From contig DYNA01000004.1 in the NCBI GenBank assembly GCA_020721325.1, forward strand, positions 1 to 61,705: DNA of 61,705 bases, given 5' to 3'. This document shows positions 10,559-20,789 of this stretch, piece by piece (the stretch's first letter is position 1; each line of letters begins with the position of its first letter). The translations under genes were made by a program, and so were the position numbers. The notes beneath the pieces were generated by a model. The model was given only the letters and a program-made list of their open reading frames with translations, had not been told where the DNA came from and searched no databases. Origin of the DNA: Paludibacter propionicigenes (GTDB taxonomy: Bacteria; Bacteroidota; Bacteroidia; Bacteroidales; JAIFNL01).

Positions 10559-11284
10559 ATGAAAGAACGTAAAATTGTTATGACCAGCGACGGTTCACAT
10601 ACTATTTTTGTTCCCGAGCTGGGAGAACATTACCATTCAAGTTATGGAGCAATTCAAGAATCGATGCACATTTACATTAAAAATGGATTTCATCATTTTA
10701 AAAAAGTAAATATTAGCATTTTGGAAATTGGATTTGGTACAGGGCTAAATTGTTTACTTACTATGTTGGAATCTATTAAGTTAGGTAAAGCTACCACTTA
10801 CTTTGCTATTGAAAAATATCCTCTGACTATGGAAGAAGTTTCACAGATAAATTATGCCAAGTTACTTAATTCAAACCGTCTTGATATTCCTCAATTTTTT
10901 AATGACATACATCTTTTTAATTGGAATGAAGACCATTATTTTAGTTGGTTTTTTCACTTTAAAAAAATTGAAGCCGATTTGAAAGAATTTAAGAGCAGAC
11001 GAAAATTTGATTTAATCTATTTTGATGCCTTTGCGCCCGACGTACAGCCCGATTTGTGGACAAAAGAAATTTTTGATAAAATGTATTCTTTTCTCAATCC
11101 CAAAGGCATTTTAATAACTTATTCTTCTAAAGGAACTGTTAAACAAGCACTTAGAGATGCTGGGTTTTTTATACACCGCTTAAATGGACCTGAAGGCAAA
11201 AGGCATATTTTAATGGCGAGTAAAGAATTTCAACCCGGACCTGCCGAAATTACCGACAAACCTAAACAGGCAAAAAGAAATTAA
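10559..11284 (+). CDS. tRNA 5-methylaminomethyl-2-thiouridine methyltransferase, stand-alone MnmC methyltransferase-domain homologue
   Basis: SDGSHTIF...HYHS...GAIQES, SAM motif ILEIGFGTGLN, and IYFDAFAPDVQPDLW, which is characteristic of the MnmC methyltransferase (DUF752) family. Confidence 0.7.
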   Translation: MKERKIVMTSDGSHTIFVPELGEHYHSSYGAIQESMHIYIKNGFHHFKKVNISILEIGFGTGLNCLLTMLESIKLGKATTYFAIEKYPLTMEEVSQINYAKLLNSNRLDIPQFFNDIHLFNWNEDHYFSWFFHFKKIEADLKEFKSRRKFDLIYFDAFAPDVQPDLWTKEIFDKMYSFLNPKGILITYSSKGTVKQALRDAGFFIHRLNGPEGKRHILMASKEFQPGPAEITDKPKQAKRN

Positions 11285-11296
11285 ATTTTTTCGTAA

Positions 11297-12004
11297 ATGA
11301 AGGTAATATTTAGAACAGGAATTGGTGAAATTGTTTTATTAAAAAAAAAGGGTATAAAAAATTTTTCTATTAAGGTAAAACCTTTTGAAGGGGTTATAAT
11401 TACTTTACCCGAAAATGCTACTTTTGAACAAGCTGAAGCTATTGTGGATAAACGATTAGATTGGATTAAAAAAAATTTAAAAAAAATTGAGGAAAAAAAA
11501 ACCGTTTTTCTGGAAAATACTCCTTTTTCAACTCGAAATCATCGCTTGCACATAATCGATGTTAATACAAATAATGTTAAAATTTCTATTAAAAATGGTC
11601 TTATTTTAATTCAGAAACCAAAACTCATTTCTACTCGCGATGAATTCATTCAACAAGCTGTGCGTAAAGGAATTACAGAAGCTTTTCGCATTGAAGCGAA
11701 ACTTTATTTACCCATTCGGATAGCCTTTTTTTGCCAAAAGTATAATTTAACATTCAATAATTTAGCCATTAAAGATATCACAAGCCGTTGGGGAAGTTGT
11801 TCGGCTTCTAACAATATTAATATTTCACTTTACGTAATGCAACTACCTGATTATTTGATAGATTACGTACTTTTGCATGAACTTTCACATACAAAAATTA
11901 AAAGTCATAAACCTGCTTTTTGGGAATTTCTCGATGTTTTAACACAAGGAAATGCCCGAAAATGGGATAACGAAATCAATCAATACAGTACTAAATTTTT
12001 TTAA
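11297..12004 (+). CDS. YgjP/DUF45-type metal-dependent hydrolase (zincin HExxH)
   Basis: C-terminal LLHELSHTKIKSHKPAFWEFL HExxH motif preceded by RWGSCS, which is typical of DUF45/SprT-like hydrolases. Confidence 0.7.
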   Translation: MKVIFRTGIGEIVLLKKKGIKNFSIKVKPFEGVIITLPENATFEQAEAIVDKRLDWIKKNLKKIEEKKTVFLENTPFSTRNHRLHIIDVNTNNVKISIKNGLILIQKPKLISTRDEFIQQAVRKGITEAFRIEAKLYLPIRIAFFCQKYNLTFNNLAIKDITSRWGSCSASNNINISLYVMQLPDYLIDYVLLHELSHTKIKSHKPAFWEFLDVLTQGNARKWDNEINQYSTKFF

Positions 12005-12288
12005 AAAGTTTTTTAATTCCTAATTAAAATTTAATTTTGTAACGGAATTGGTTTTTAGCTGTTTTTTTTAGATTTTTTTTATTATCGTAAATTGTTAAGC
12101 ACTATGAAACCTCAACAACTTTAAATTTGTTTTTCCAATTAAAATAAAATCGAAAAATCAATCAAACTGTTATCGAACTTTGGTTTTTGAAAAAAAGTAC
12201 ATAAATTTTAAAATTATTTTTGCAGAATAAAAATTTAGTATTATAAAAAATGATGATTAATATTTAAGAATTATAAAAAATTATAAAA

Positions 12289-13272
12289 ATGATTAAAAAA
12301 AATTTTGTTTTACTTATTGTATTTTTAACAATTGGATTGCTTTTTTCATCGTGTGAAAAACAAAAAAGCAATTTTAATTATTTACATTCTTTCAATTTTC
12401 AAGATATTGAAATTTATGGCTATTTTTCCGGAACATTATTAGAAGTTTATGTACCGTATGGTACTGATTATACGAATCTTATACCTCTTGGCGAAATATC
12501 CGAAGGCGCATATATTGAACCGGCTTTTGGGCAAGTTATCAATTTTTCTGAAGATGTTATTTTTACAATAACTGCCGAAGATGGAACGATTCAGAAATAT
12601 ACAGTTCGTGTTTTCGTTGAAACTTTCAGCGATTTTGAAGATTTAACTCTTAATTCGGAAAGTTTTTGGAATGGTTCCGATGCTTCGGGCAAATTTCAAC
12701 AAGCTGGAGCCGATTTTATTAATGTTTTCAATTCAGAATGGAATTCTTGGTCTGGTTTTGCTTATTCAAATATAACTAACAATACTTCTGGAGGTTATGA
12801 AAATCAGTACAGTGCTTATGCCGGAAAAGGTGCAAATAATTCGAGCAAATATGCGGTCGGTTACATTTTTGGAAAAGCTGAAGTTCTGTTTCAAAAAGTT
12901 ACCTTGCCTCAAACGGTTTACGTTACAAATAGCACTTATGCTGCTCTTTCGATGAAAAACGGTGATGCTTATTCTAAAAAATTTGGTGGCACAACCGGAA
13001 CCGACCCCGATTGGTTTAAACTATCGATTGAAGGCATTGATGAAAATGGTCAAGTTACTGATACTGTAGAGTTTTACTTAGCTGATTTTACTGCTTCCGA
13101 AAATGTAAACGATTACATTATTAATACTTGGGCTAAAGTGAATTTAGTAAATTTAGGCGAAGTTAAGAAACTTAATTTTTGGCTTACTTCAACCGATGTT
13201 GGTCTGTTTGGCATGAATACACCAGCATATTTTTGTATCGATAATTTATTTGGTGTTGTAAAAAAAGAGTAG
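12289..13272 (+). CDS. Lipoprotein, possibly DUF4465 family
   Basis: Signal peptide with lipobox LLFSSC. The WSGFAYSN...YSAYAG...YAVGY and YFCIDNL blocks recall DUF4465. A possible Bacteroidota -7 box, tatttttg, lies at 12215-12222. Confidence 0.4.
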   Translation: MIKKNFVLLIVFLTIGLLFSSCEKQKSNFNYLHSFNFQDIEIYGYFSGTLLEVYVPYGTDYTNLIPLGEISEGAYIEPAFGQVINFSEDVIFTITAEDGTIQKYTVRVFVETFSDFEDLTLNSESFWNGSDASGKFQQAGADFINVFNSEWNSWSGFAYSNITNNTSGGYENQYSAYAGKGANNSSKYAVGYIFGKAEVLFQKVTLPQTVYVTNSTYAALSMKNGDAYSKKFGGTTGTDPDWFKLSIEGIDENGQVTDTVEFYLADFTASENVNDYIINTWAKVNLVNLGEVKKLNFWLTSTDVGLFGMNTPAYFCIDNLFGVVKKE

Positions 13273-13281
13273 AATTTTTGC

Positions 13282-13319
13282 AAAAAAAAACTCTTCTTTT
13301 TTTCAGAAGAGTTTTTTTT
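13282..13319. terminator. Bidirectional terminator between convergent genes
   Basis: aaaaaaaaactcttct / agaagagtttttttt inverted repeat. The A run and T run flanks allow a U tail on either strand. Confidence 0.7.
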
Positions 13320-13327
13320 AAATTTTG

Positions 13328-14419
13328 CTAAGCCTTGTAAAATGGCAATTTTACAATTTTTGCTTTCATGGCTTTGTTACGAATTTTAATAAAAATTTCG
13401 GAGCCAATCTTTGAAAATTCAGGGCTTACGTAGCCCATTCCAATTCCAACTTTGAGCATAGGCGACATAGTTCCCGAAGTAACCTCTCCTACTCTATTTT
13501 CTTCATTATCAATTATTTCGTAACCATGACGCGGAATAGCTTTTTCGAGCATTTCAAAACCACGAAGTAATTTGCTAACGCCATTAGCTTTTTGTTTTTC
13601 CATTAACTCTCTATCTATAAATGGATTACCTTCTACAAATTTCGTTATCCACCCCAAACCTGCTTCAATGGGAGAAGTAGTGTCATCTATGTCGTTTCCA
13701 TACAAACAAAAACCCATTTCTAAACGCAGAGTGTCGCGAGATGCTAAACCTGCCGGTTTGATGCCAAATTCTTTTCCGGCTTCAAAAACGGCATTCCAAA
13801 TTTTTTCAGCATCGCTGTTATACATGTAAAGTTCAAAGCCTCCAGCACCAGTATAGCCTGTGGCTGAGATAATTACATTTTCTACACCGGCAAATTTTCC
13901 GGTTACAAAAGTATAATATTTGATGGCGGCTAATGGAATATCGGTGAGTGTTTGCAAGGCTTCTACGGCTTTGGGACCTTGAACTGCCAATTGCGCAATC
14001 GAATCAGATGCGTTTTCCAATTCTGCACCTATGTTTTTATTTTGTTCTAACAACCAGTTCCAATCTTTTTCAACATTTGCGGCATTTACAACCAGCATAT
14101 ATTTCTCATTTTCATAATGATACACTAAAATATCGTCCACAATTCCGCCTTTTCCGTTGGGAAAACACGAATATTGAATTTTGCCCGGTGTGAGCGAAGC
14201 GACATCGTTTGTGGTTACTTTTTGTACCAATTCAAAGGCTTTTGCACCTTTTACCCAAATTTCGCCCATGTGTGAAACATCAAAAACGCCTAATTTTGTA
14301 CGAACGGTAATGTGTTCATCGTTCACACCCGAATATTCAATTGGCATATTATAACCAGTAAAAGGTGTCATTCTTGCACCCAAATCAATATGAAATTGTG
14401 TAAATGGAGTTGTTTTCAT
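13328..14419 (-). CDS. gcvT: Glycine cleavage system aminomethyltransferase (T protein)
   Basis: [29 protein letters not shown]...FDVSHMGEI...GYTGAGGFE. Full-length T-protein pattern. Confidence 0.92.
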   Translation of the reverse strand: MKTTPFTQFHIDLGARMTPFTGYNMPIEYSGVNDEHITVRTKLGVFDVSHMGEIWVKGAKAFELVQKVTTNDVASLTPGKIQYSCFPNGKGGIVDDILVYHYENEKYMLVVNAANVEKDWNWLLEQNKNIGAELENASDSIAQLAVQGPKAVEALQTLTDIPLAAIKYYTFVTGKFAGVENVIISATGYTGAGGFELYMYNSDAEKIWNAVFEAGKEFGIKPAGLASRDTLRLEMGFCLYGNDIDDTTSPIEAGLGWITKFVEGNPFIDRELMEKQKANGVSKLLRGFEMLEKAIPRHGYEIIDNEENRVGEVTSGTMSPMLKVGIGMGYVSPEFSKIGSEIFIKIRNKAMKAKIVKLPFYKA

Positions 14420-14574
14420 TTCAATTTTTGTTATGTTTTTTTATAAAAAAGGCAAATTTTGTTATTATTTTTTATAAAAAAAGATTAAAATTCTAAATTT
14501 TTATTTTTTACAAAAGTAAATGAATAAATCGTTAAAAAAGAAAAAAAAGAACTGTTTTATAATAGTTTTTTTAA

Positions 14575-15018
14575 TTATTTTGCTTTTTTGCGAATGTAAA
14601 CTTCTTTGCGTACTTTAGCTACAATTTTATTTTCTTCATCAGTTATTTCGGTTTCAAAAAAGAAGTTCTTTTTTCCTGCATCTACTTCATTTTTAATTTT
14701 TTCCAGTTCTTCTTTGGGTATTTCAAAAATTGCTTGAACCTTACCCTTGCCCGGTCGTACAAAATTAATACACGCCGATTTATCCCAAATAATGTAGTCT
14801 TTTTTGAGATGAGTGGCAATGATAAATACATAAAACGGGTCGCACATAGCGTAGAGCGAACCCCCGAAATGTGTGCCAAACATGTTCTTATTGAAGATGT
14901 TAAGCTTCATCTGAACGGTCAGTTGTGTTTTATCGGCATTTACTTTTTTTAATTTGATGCCCGCAAAAAATAAAGGCGGATAAAAATTTATAACTTTCAA
15001 AACGGTATCTATTTTCAT
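14575..15018 (-). CDS. Hotdog-fold thioesterase-like protein (DUF4442/PaaI-like)
   Basis: HFGGSLYAMCDPFYV block. The start is set at ATG 15018 (MKIDTVLKV), which removes the overlap with the mnmA stop at 15026; the track ORF extends to 15045. Confidence 0.5.
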   Translation of the reverse strand: MKIDTVLKVINFYPPLFFAGIKLKKVNADKTQLTVQMKLNIFNKNMFGTHFGGSLYAMCDPFYVFIIATHLKKDYIIWDKSACINFVRPGKGKVQAIFEIPKEELEKIKNEVDAGKKNFFFETEITDEENKIVAKVRKEVYIRKKAK

Positions 15019-15025
15019 ATTTTTG

Positions 15026-16069
15026 TTAAATGATAAAGCCACCACCGATTAAATCGTTCTCTTCATAGAAAACGGCTGATTGACCGGAAGTTATGGCAAA
15101 TATTTTTGTTCCTGAAATTACTTTATATTGATTTTTTTTTATTTCTAATTTTCCTTTAAACAATTCGTTACTGTGCCTTACTTTAATTAAAACTTCAATA
15201 CTGCTGTTGATTTTTTCATATTTTTGAAAATGAATATTTTCTATAAAAAATTCATTTGTCATTAATTTTTCTTTTTCAGAAAGAATAATCTCATTTTTCT
15301 GGGTATCAAATTTATACACAAATAACGCTTTTTGATGTACAAAATCAAGTCCGCGTCTTTGACCGATGGTATAAAATGCCAAACCTTTGTGTTTTCCAAC
15401 TATTTTGCCGTTTTCCAGTACAAAATTTCCTTCCTTTATCGAAAATTCATTTTGTATAAAAGTTCGGTAATCGGTGTTGGGTAAAAAACACAAATTGTAA
15501 CTTTCTCGTTTGTGTGCTACGCGGCGAAGCCCTAATTCATTGGCTTTTTCGCGCAATTCCGATTTTGAAAACTCGGAAAGCGGAAACATGATTTTTGCTA
15601 AATTTTCTTGTGTCAAATTCCACATAAAATAAGTTTGGTCTTTGACTAAATCGGAACTTTTTTGTAAAAAATATCGCCCGTTTTCTTGTGCTATTTTTGC
15701 ATAATGACCGGTTGCAAGTAGCTCACAACCAAACTCTTGCATTATTTCTATTAATTTACCGAATTTAATTTCGCGGTTGCACACCACACACGGATTTGGC
15801 GTTTTTCCGGTTAAATAATTCGCTGTAAAGTCTTGAACTACTGTATTATAAAAAAGTTCTTCTACTGAAATGACGTAATGCGGAAAACCTAAATATTGTG
15901 CAACATTTCGGGCATCGTTTGCATCATCTTCAAAACTGTTGTAAACCAATATGTTAGGATATTTCCACGTTTTGAGCGTTACACCAATTATTTCATGCCC
16001 CTGCTGTTTTAAAATAGCGGCTGCCATAGAACTGTCTAAGCCACCGCTCATGGCAACCATTATTTTCAT
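15026..16069 (-). CDS. mnmA: tRNA-specific 2-thiouridylase
   Basis: PP-loop MVAMSGGLDSSMAA, NPCVVCN, ATGHYA and KDQTYF motifs. Confidence 0.92.
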   Translation of the reverse strand: MKIMVAMSGGLDSSMAAAILKQQGHEIIGVTLKTWKYPNILVYNSFEDDANDARNVAQYLGFPHYVISVEELFYNTVVQDFTANYLTGKTPNPCVVCNREIKFGKLIEIMQEFGCELLATGHYAKIAQENGRYFLQKSSDLVKDQTYFMWNLTQENLAKIMFPLSEFSKSELREKANELGLRRVAHKRESYNLCFLPNTDYRTFIQNEFSIKEGNFVLENGKIVGKHKGLAFYTIGQRRGLDFVHQKALFVYKFDTQKNEIILSEKEKLMTNEFFIENIHFQKYEKINSSIEVLIKVRHSNELFKGKLEIKKNQYKVISGTKIFAITSGQSAVFYEENDLIGGGFII

Positions 16070-16106
16070 AGCCGATTATTTATAAAATTTTTACTCATTT
16101 TTTACC

Positions 16107-19100
16107 TTAAAATTTATTTTCTATCCAGATTCGTGCATTTACAAAGGCTTCAAACCAAGGCGTTACTTCATGCGTTTTGGCTTGTTTCGTTTCTTCGTAA
16201 TTTGCCCATTGCCAAGGCATTATAGCTCGTTCTAAGTGGGGCATCATAGCCAAATGCCTGCCGTCGGGCGAGCAGATGGCTGCTGCATCAAAATCGGAGC
16301 CGTTCGGATTAGCTGGATAGTAACTGTGGCTGTATTTCATTGGAATACAGTAATTTTCTTCGCCATAAGGCAAATGAAACTTTCCTTCGCCATGCGCAAC
16401 CCAAATACCTAATTGTGTGTTAGACAACGATTTAAGCATAACTGATTCATTTTCCAAAACATTTACATTTAAAAATGCCGATTCAAATTTATGTGATTGA
16501 TTGTGAAGCATTTTAACTTTCTCTGTATGAGAAGGTTGTATTAAATCTAATTCAACCATCAATTGGCAACCATTGCAAACGCCTAAACTTAAAGTGTCGG
16601 GGCGTGCATAAAAATTGTCAAGTGCCTTTTTTGCCTTTTCGTTGTATAAAAACGCTCCTGCCCAACCTTTTGCTGAGCCGAGAACATCGGAATTTGAAAA
16701 ACCACCAACAAAAACCAGCATTTTAATGTCTTCAAGGGTTTCATTTCCAGAAATTAGGTCAGTGATATGCACATCTTTTACATCAAAACCGGCTTTAAAG
16801 AGCGAATAAGCCATTTCACGGTCGCCATTTACGCCTTTTTCCCGAATTATAGCAGCTTTTACTTTATTTTTTTCAGCGGAAGCGATATATTTTTCAATTT
16901 TTCCGTCAAAATGGTTCGGAAATTTGTAAATTAACGGATTTTTAGCATAATTTTTAAAACGTTCGAGTGCCAATTTTTCTCCCGATTGTTTGCAATCGAG
17001 AAGGTAGGAAGTTTCAAACCAAACATTTCTTAATTCATTGATATTCAGATTGAAAGAAATTGAATTTGTTTTTATTGTAAAATTTCTGTTTTCGTTTACA
17101 GTTGCTATTTTTGTAGCTAAAATTTCTTTTTTACTGAAAAAATCTAAAATTTCCTTTTCTTTTTCGTTTTCAATTTGAATTAAAATTGAAGGTTTTTCAC
17201 TGAATAAAATTGATACTAAATTGTTGGTTTTGAACTCATTAAGGTTTACATTCAAACCCATTTGGTTCGATGTGAAAGTCATTTCGAGAAGGGCTACGAT
17301 TAAACCGCCTGCCGAAACATCGTGTCCGGCTAAAATAAATTCCTTGTTTATTAATTCTTGAATGGCATTAAATACTTTTTTAAAATATTGATTATCAATT
17401 ACATCTGGAGTATTTTGTCCTAAAAATCCAAGTGTTTGAGCTAAACTACTTCCGCCTAATTCAAAAGTTTGTGAACCAGAAAAATCAATGTATAAAATAC
17501 TTGTTTTATTATTTTTTTTCAAAACGGGTGAAATGGCTTTTTTCACATCTAAAACTTCGGCAACAGCCGAAATAATGACTGTTCCGGGAGAATAAACGAC
17601 TTTGTCGTTGTATTTTTGAGTCATCGAAAGCGAATCTTTTCCGGTAGGAATTGAAATGCCTAAATCAATGGCAAACTTGCTAAGTGCTTGAACAGCAGAG
17701 TATAAGCGTGCATTTTCGCCTTCGTTTTTTGCAGGCCACATCCAGTTAGCACTCAAAGCCACCGATGAAATTCCATCTTTGAGCGGAGCCCAGATGATGT
17801 TTGTAAGTGCCTCAGCTACAGCTAATCGCGAGCCAGATTCGGCATTAATCAATGCAACTGCTGGAGCATGACCTATTGATGTTGCTATGCCGCTTGTGCC
17901 GGTATAATCGAGTGTTGAAATGCCTAAGTTGTTGAGTGGCAATTGAATTTCCCCTGTGGTTTGCTGCATGGCAACGCGTCCGGTAACCGACCTGTCCACT
18001 TTGTTTGTGAGCCAATCTTTTGCAGCAACTGATTCGAGTCGAAGGATATTTTCGAGGTATTTTTGCAAATCTTTTTCGTTGAAAACAGGTTCAGCGTAAG
18101 CTATTTTTTGCGTGGTATCGGTGAGAACGGTTTTGGGCGGATTTCCAAACAAATGGGCTAATTGCATATCAATTGGCGTATTTCCTTGTAAGTCCTTGAA
18201 AGTGAATTGCATATCGCCTGTCGCCTCGCCTATTACGTACATGGGAGCGCGCTCGCGAAGAGCAATTTTTTGCAGCCATTCAATGTCTTTTTCCTTGATA
18301 ACCAATCCCATACGTTCCTGCGATTCGTTTCCGATAATTTCTTTGGCAGAAAGCGTTGGGTCACCAATCGGAAGTCGGTCTATATGAATGACTCCGCCTG
18401 TGTTTTCAACCAATTCCGACAAACAATTCAAATGTCCGCCGGCACCATGGTCGTGCAATGAAATAATCGGATTTTGGTCGCTTTCGGCAAGAGCGCGAAT
18501 GGCGTTGAAAGTTCTTTTTTGCATTTCAGGGTTTGAACGTTGAACTGCATTTAGCTCAATATCAGAGTGATACTCGCCTGTTGCTACCGAAGAAACCGCA
18601 CCGCCTCCCATTCCTATTCTGTAATTGTCGCCTCCGAGTAAAACCAATTTATCATGTGTTTCGGGGTTAAGTTTTTGGGCATGTTCCAATCGAGCAAAGC
18701 CAATTCCTCCAGCTAACATAATGACTTTATCGTACCCAAAAATTTTATTCTTTTCGGTGTGTTCAAAAGTTAAAAGACTGCCGCAAATAAGGGGTTGTCC
18801 AAATTTATTTCCAAAATCACTTGCTCCATTGGAGGCTTTGATTAAAATTTCGGCAGGAGTTTGATAAAGCCAATTTCTTTCTTGGTTTTTTTCTTCCCAA
18901 AGTTTTCCGGTATTTAATCGTGGATAGGAAGTCATATAAACGGCAGTTCCAGCTAAAGGAATGCTGCCGATTCCGCCCGCCATTCGGTCGCGAATTTCGC
19001 CGCCGGAACCGGTTGCTGCACCGTTGAACGGTTCTACGGTAGTGGGGAAATTGTGGGTTTCGGCTTTGAGCGAAAGTATGGATTTAATTTCTTTTTCCTC

Positions 19101-19799
19101 AAAAAAATCGGCTTTGTCGTGCGATTTCGGTGCGAATTGAAGAATTTTTGGACCTTTTAAAAAAGCTACATTGTCTTTGTAAGCCGAAACGATGTTTTGC
19201 GGATTTGCTTTTGAGGTGGCTTTAATGAGGTCAAAAAGAGTGAGTTGCATTTCTTTTCCATCAATAAGAAAGCGTCCGTTGAAAATTTTGTGACGGCAAT
19301 GTTCGGAATTGACTTGCGAAAATCCGAAAACTTCGCTATCAGTTAATTTTCGCCCTAACTCGCGACTTATTGATTCTAAATATTCTACTTCGTCGGGGCT
19401 GAGTGCCAAGCCTTCTTGCTTGTTATATTGCTCAATATCATGTATATAGATGATTTTTTCTGGTTCAATTTCAATTTTAAAAATTTCTTGATTTAATTCT
19501 TTATATAATCTTTGAAGCATTGGGTCGATGTGGTGATTTTCATCAAAAATTTTTGTAAATTGTTCAATTCTAACAATTTGATAGATGCCCATGTTTTGAC
19601 AAATTTCAACGGCATTTGTGCTCCAAGGGGTTATCATTTCTTTGCGTGGACCTACGAAGTAGCCGTTAATATTTTCATTTTCAAGTGGTTTTGCATTTCC
19701 AAATGCCCAGATTAATTTTTCCACATCGTAAACATTTAGTTTTATAGTGGTTTGTACGGCAAAAAATGTTTGCTCTGTAGCTTCAAAGAATTTTATCAT
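16107..19799 (-). CDS. purL: Phosphoribosylformylglycinamidine synthase, single-chain large form
   Basis: About 1230 aa. It has duplicated AIR-synthase-like domains (SEHCRHKIF, DHGAGG) and a C-terminal glutamine amidotransferase (GVCNGCQ, HGEG). The start is preferred at ATG 19799 (MIKFFEA); the track ORF extends to 19835. Confidence 0.93.
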   Translation of the reverse strand: MIKFFEATEQTFFAVQTTIKLNVYDVEKLIWAFGNAKPLENENINGYFVGPRKEMITPWSTNAVEICQNMGIYQIVRIEQFTKIFDENHHIDPMLQRLYKELNQEIFKIEIEPEKIIYIHDIEQYNKQEGLALSPDEVEYLESISRELGRKLTDSEVFGFSQVNSEHCRHKIFNGRFLIDGKEMQLTLFDLIKATSKANPQNIVSAYKDNVAFLKGPKILQFAPKSHDKADFFEEKEIKSILSLKAETHNFPTTVEPFNGAATGSGGEIRDRMAGGIGSIPLAGTAVYMTSYPRLNTGKLWEEKNQERNWLYQTPAEILIKASNGASDFGNKFGQPLICGSLLTFEHTEKNKIFGYDKVIMLAGGIGFARLEHAQKLNPETHDKLVLLGGDNYRIGMGGGAVSSVATGEYHSDIELNAVQRSNPEMQKRTFNAIRALAESDQNPIISLHDHGAGGHLNCLSELVENTGGVIHIDRLPIGDPTLSAKEIIGNESQERMGLVIKEKDIEWLQKIALRERAPMYVIGEATGDMQFTFKDLQGNTPIDMQLAHLFGNPPKTVLTDTTQKIAYAEPVFNEKDLQKYLENILRLESVAAKDWLTNKVDRSVTGRVAMQQTTGEIQLPLNNLGISTLDYTGTSGIATSIGHAPAVALINAESGSRLAVAEALTNIIWAPLKDGISSVALSANWMWPAKNEGENARLYSAVQALSKFAIDLGISIPTGKDSLSMTQKYNDKVVYSPGTVIISAVAEVLDVKKAISPVLKKNNKTSILYIDFSGSQTFELGGSSLAQTLGFLGQNTPDVIDNQYFKKVFNAIQELINKEFILAGHDVSAGGLIVALLEMTFTSNQMGLNVNLNEFKTNNLVSILFSEKPSILIQIENEKEKEILDFFSKKEILATKIATVNENRNFTIKTNSISFNLNINELRNVWFETSYLLDCKQSGEKLALERFKNYAKNPLIYKFPNHFDGKIEKYIASAEKNKVKAAIIREKGVNGDREMAYSLFKAGFDVKDVHITDLISGNETLEDIKMLVFVGGFSNSDVLGSAKGWAGAFLYNEKAKKALDNFYARPDTLSLGVCNGCQLMVELDLIQPSHTEKVKMLHNQSHKFESAFLNVNVLENESVMLKSLSNTQLGIWVAHGEGKFHLPYGEENYCIPMKYSHSYYPANPNGSDFDAAAICSPDGRHLAMMPHLERAIMPWQWANYEETKQAKTHEVTPWFEAFVNARIWIENKF

Positions 19800-19835
19800 A
19801 AATTTATTTTTTATAGAAATGAACGTTTTTAACAA

Positions 19836-20789
19836 ATTAAATATTAATCGAATAAAATTATGGTCTTATTCATTGATTTTAAATACGATAGAGATAAAAT
19901 CAGAGTTTGTTTCTTTTGTCAAAAATACAAATAAAATAGTAGTACGTTTGAATATTTTTATTTTTTTAAGAAAAAAGAAATCAACAAGATTTGTTCAAAA
20001 AAATATTCGGCTTCATTTTCAATGATTTAAAAAAAATAGCAAAAAAATACTCATGTTGATAACTTTTTTTTTGACAATTAGAATTTGTTTATTTAAGCTA
20101 TTTTTACTTTTTTTTTGTTAAAAATCTCATTTTAAGTAATATAAAAAAATGATTTTTTCTTAATTGATTAGTTTAGAAAAGGTTAAAAATTTTCTGAAAT
20201 TGACTTGAGTAAAGATATTGATATATAGGTAATTATATAAATTTTACTTTTTTTATTTTTTGTTGAAAAGATTTTTTTTTGTTTTAAAAAATGCTTTAGT
20301 TAAAAAATAAATCTCTTTTTTTTGCTATTTATTTTGATAGCCGAAAAAAGCTTAAATTTCAAAATGTTTTGAAAAAAGTAAATTTCAAAATGAAAAGTTT
20401 AAATGGTTTTTGTATCTAAAATTTAGACTTTTAGAGTCCTTTTTCGATACATTATTTAACTTTTTTTTATATAATAATTGGGTATTTTTTTTTTGCTAAA
20501 TGCAACTTTCAATCTTAAATTAATTTTAAGCGAAAATAAATTATTTAAAAAAAAAATGATTTTGCTAAATGCTTAAATAACAAAAATTTAATGGTTAATA
20601 ATTTTGTTAATAAAAGCGGTAAATTACAATATTTCAATGATTTAAAGGTATATTTTTTGTAAATTAAACTAAATTATTGATAGTAATATGAATACAAAAA
20701 AAATATGTTTTTCTTTAAAAAAAATTTTTTTTTTAGGAATTTTAATTTAATATTTGTTACAAGAAAAATGCAAAAAAATTTATTTAACA
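19836..20789. other. Candidate chromosomal replication origin (oriC) region upstream of dnaA
   Basis: Non-coding AT-rich spacer of about 0.95 kb directly upstream of dnaA. One near-consensus DnaA box, tgttgataa, lies at about 20053 (consensus tgtggataa). Several internal direct repeats are present: tttcaatgatttaaa x2, aaatttcaaaatg x2 and ttttgctaaatgc x2. No perfect DnaA boxes were seen. Confidence 0.4.

Noticed and set aside
16615-19715. Short + strand ORFs nested in purL (16615..16809, 18112..18387, 18207..18461, 18625..18864, 19512..19715)
   Set aside because: They are antisense to a full-length, highly conserved purL reading frame.
19747-20025. 92-aa ORF running from the purL 5' end into the dnaA-upstream spacer
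   Set aside because: It overlaps the purL start in antisense and continues into homopolymer-rich non-coding DNA. It has low-complexity content and no start context.
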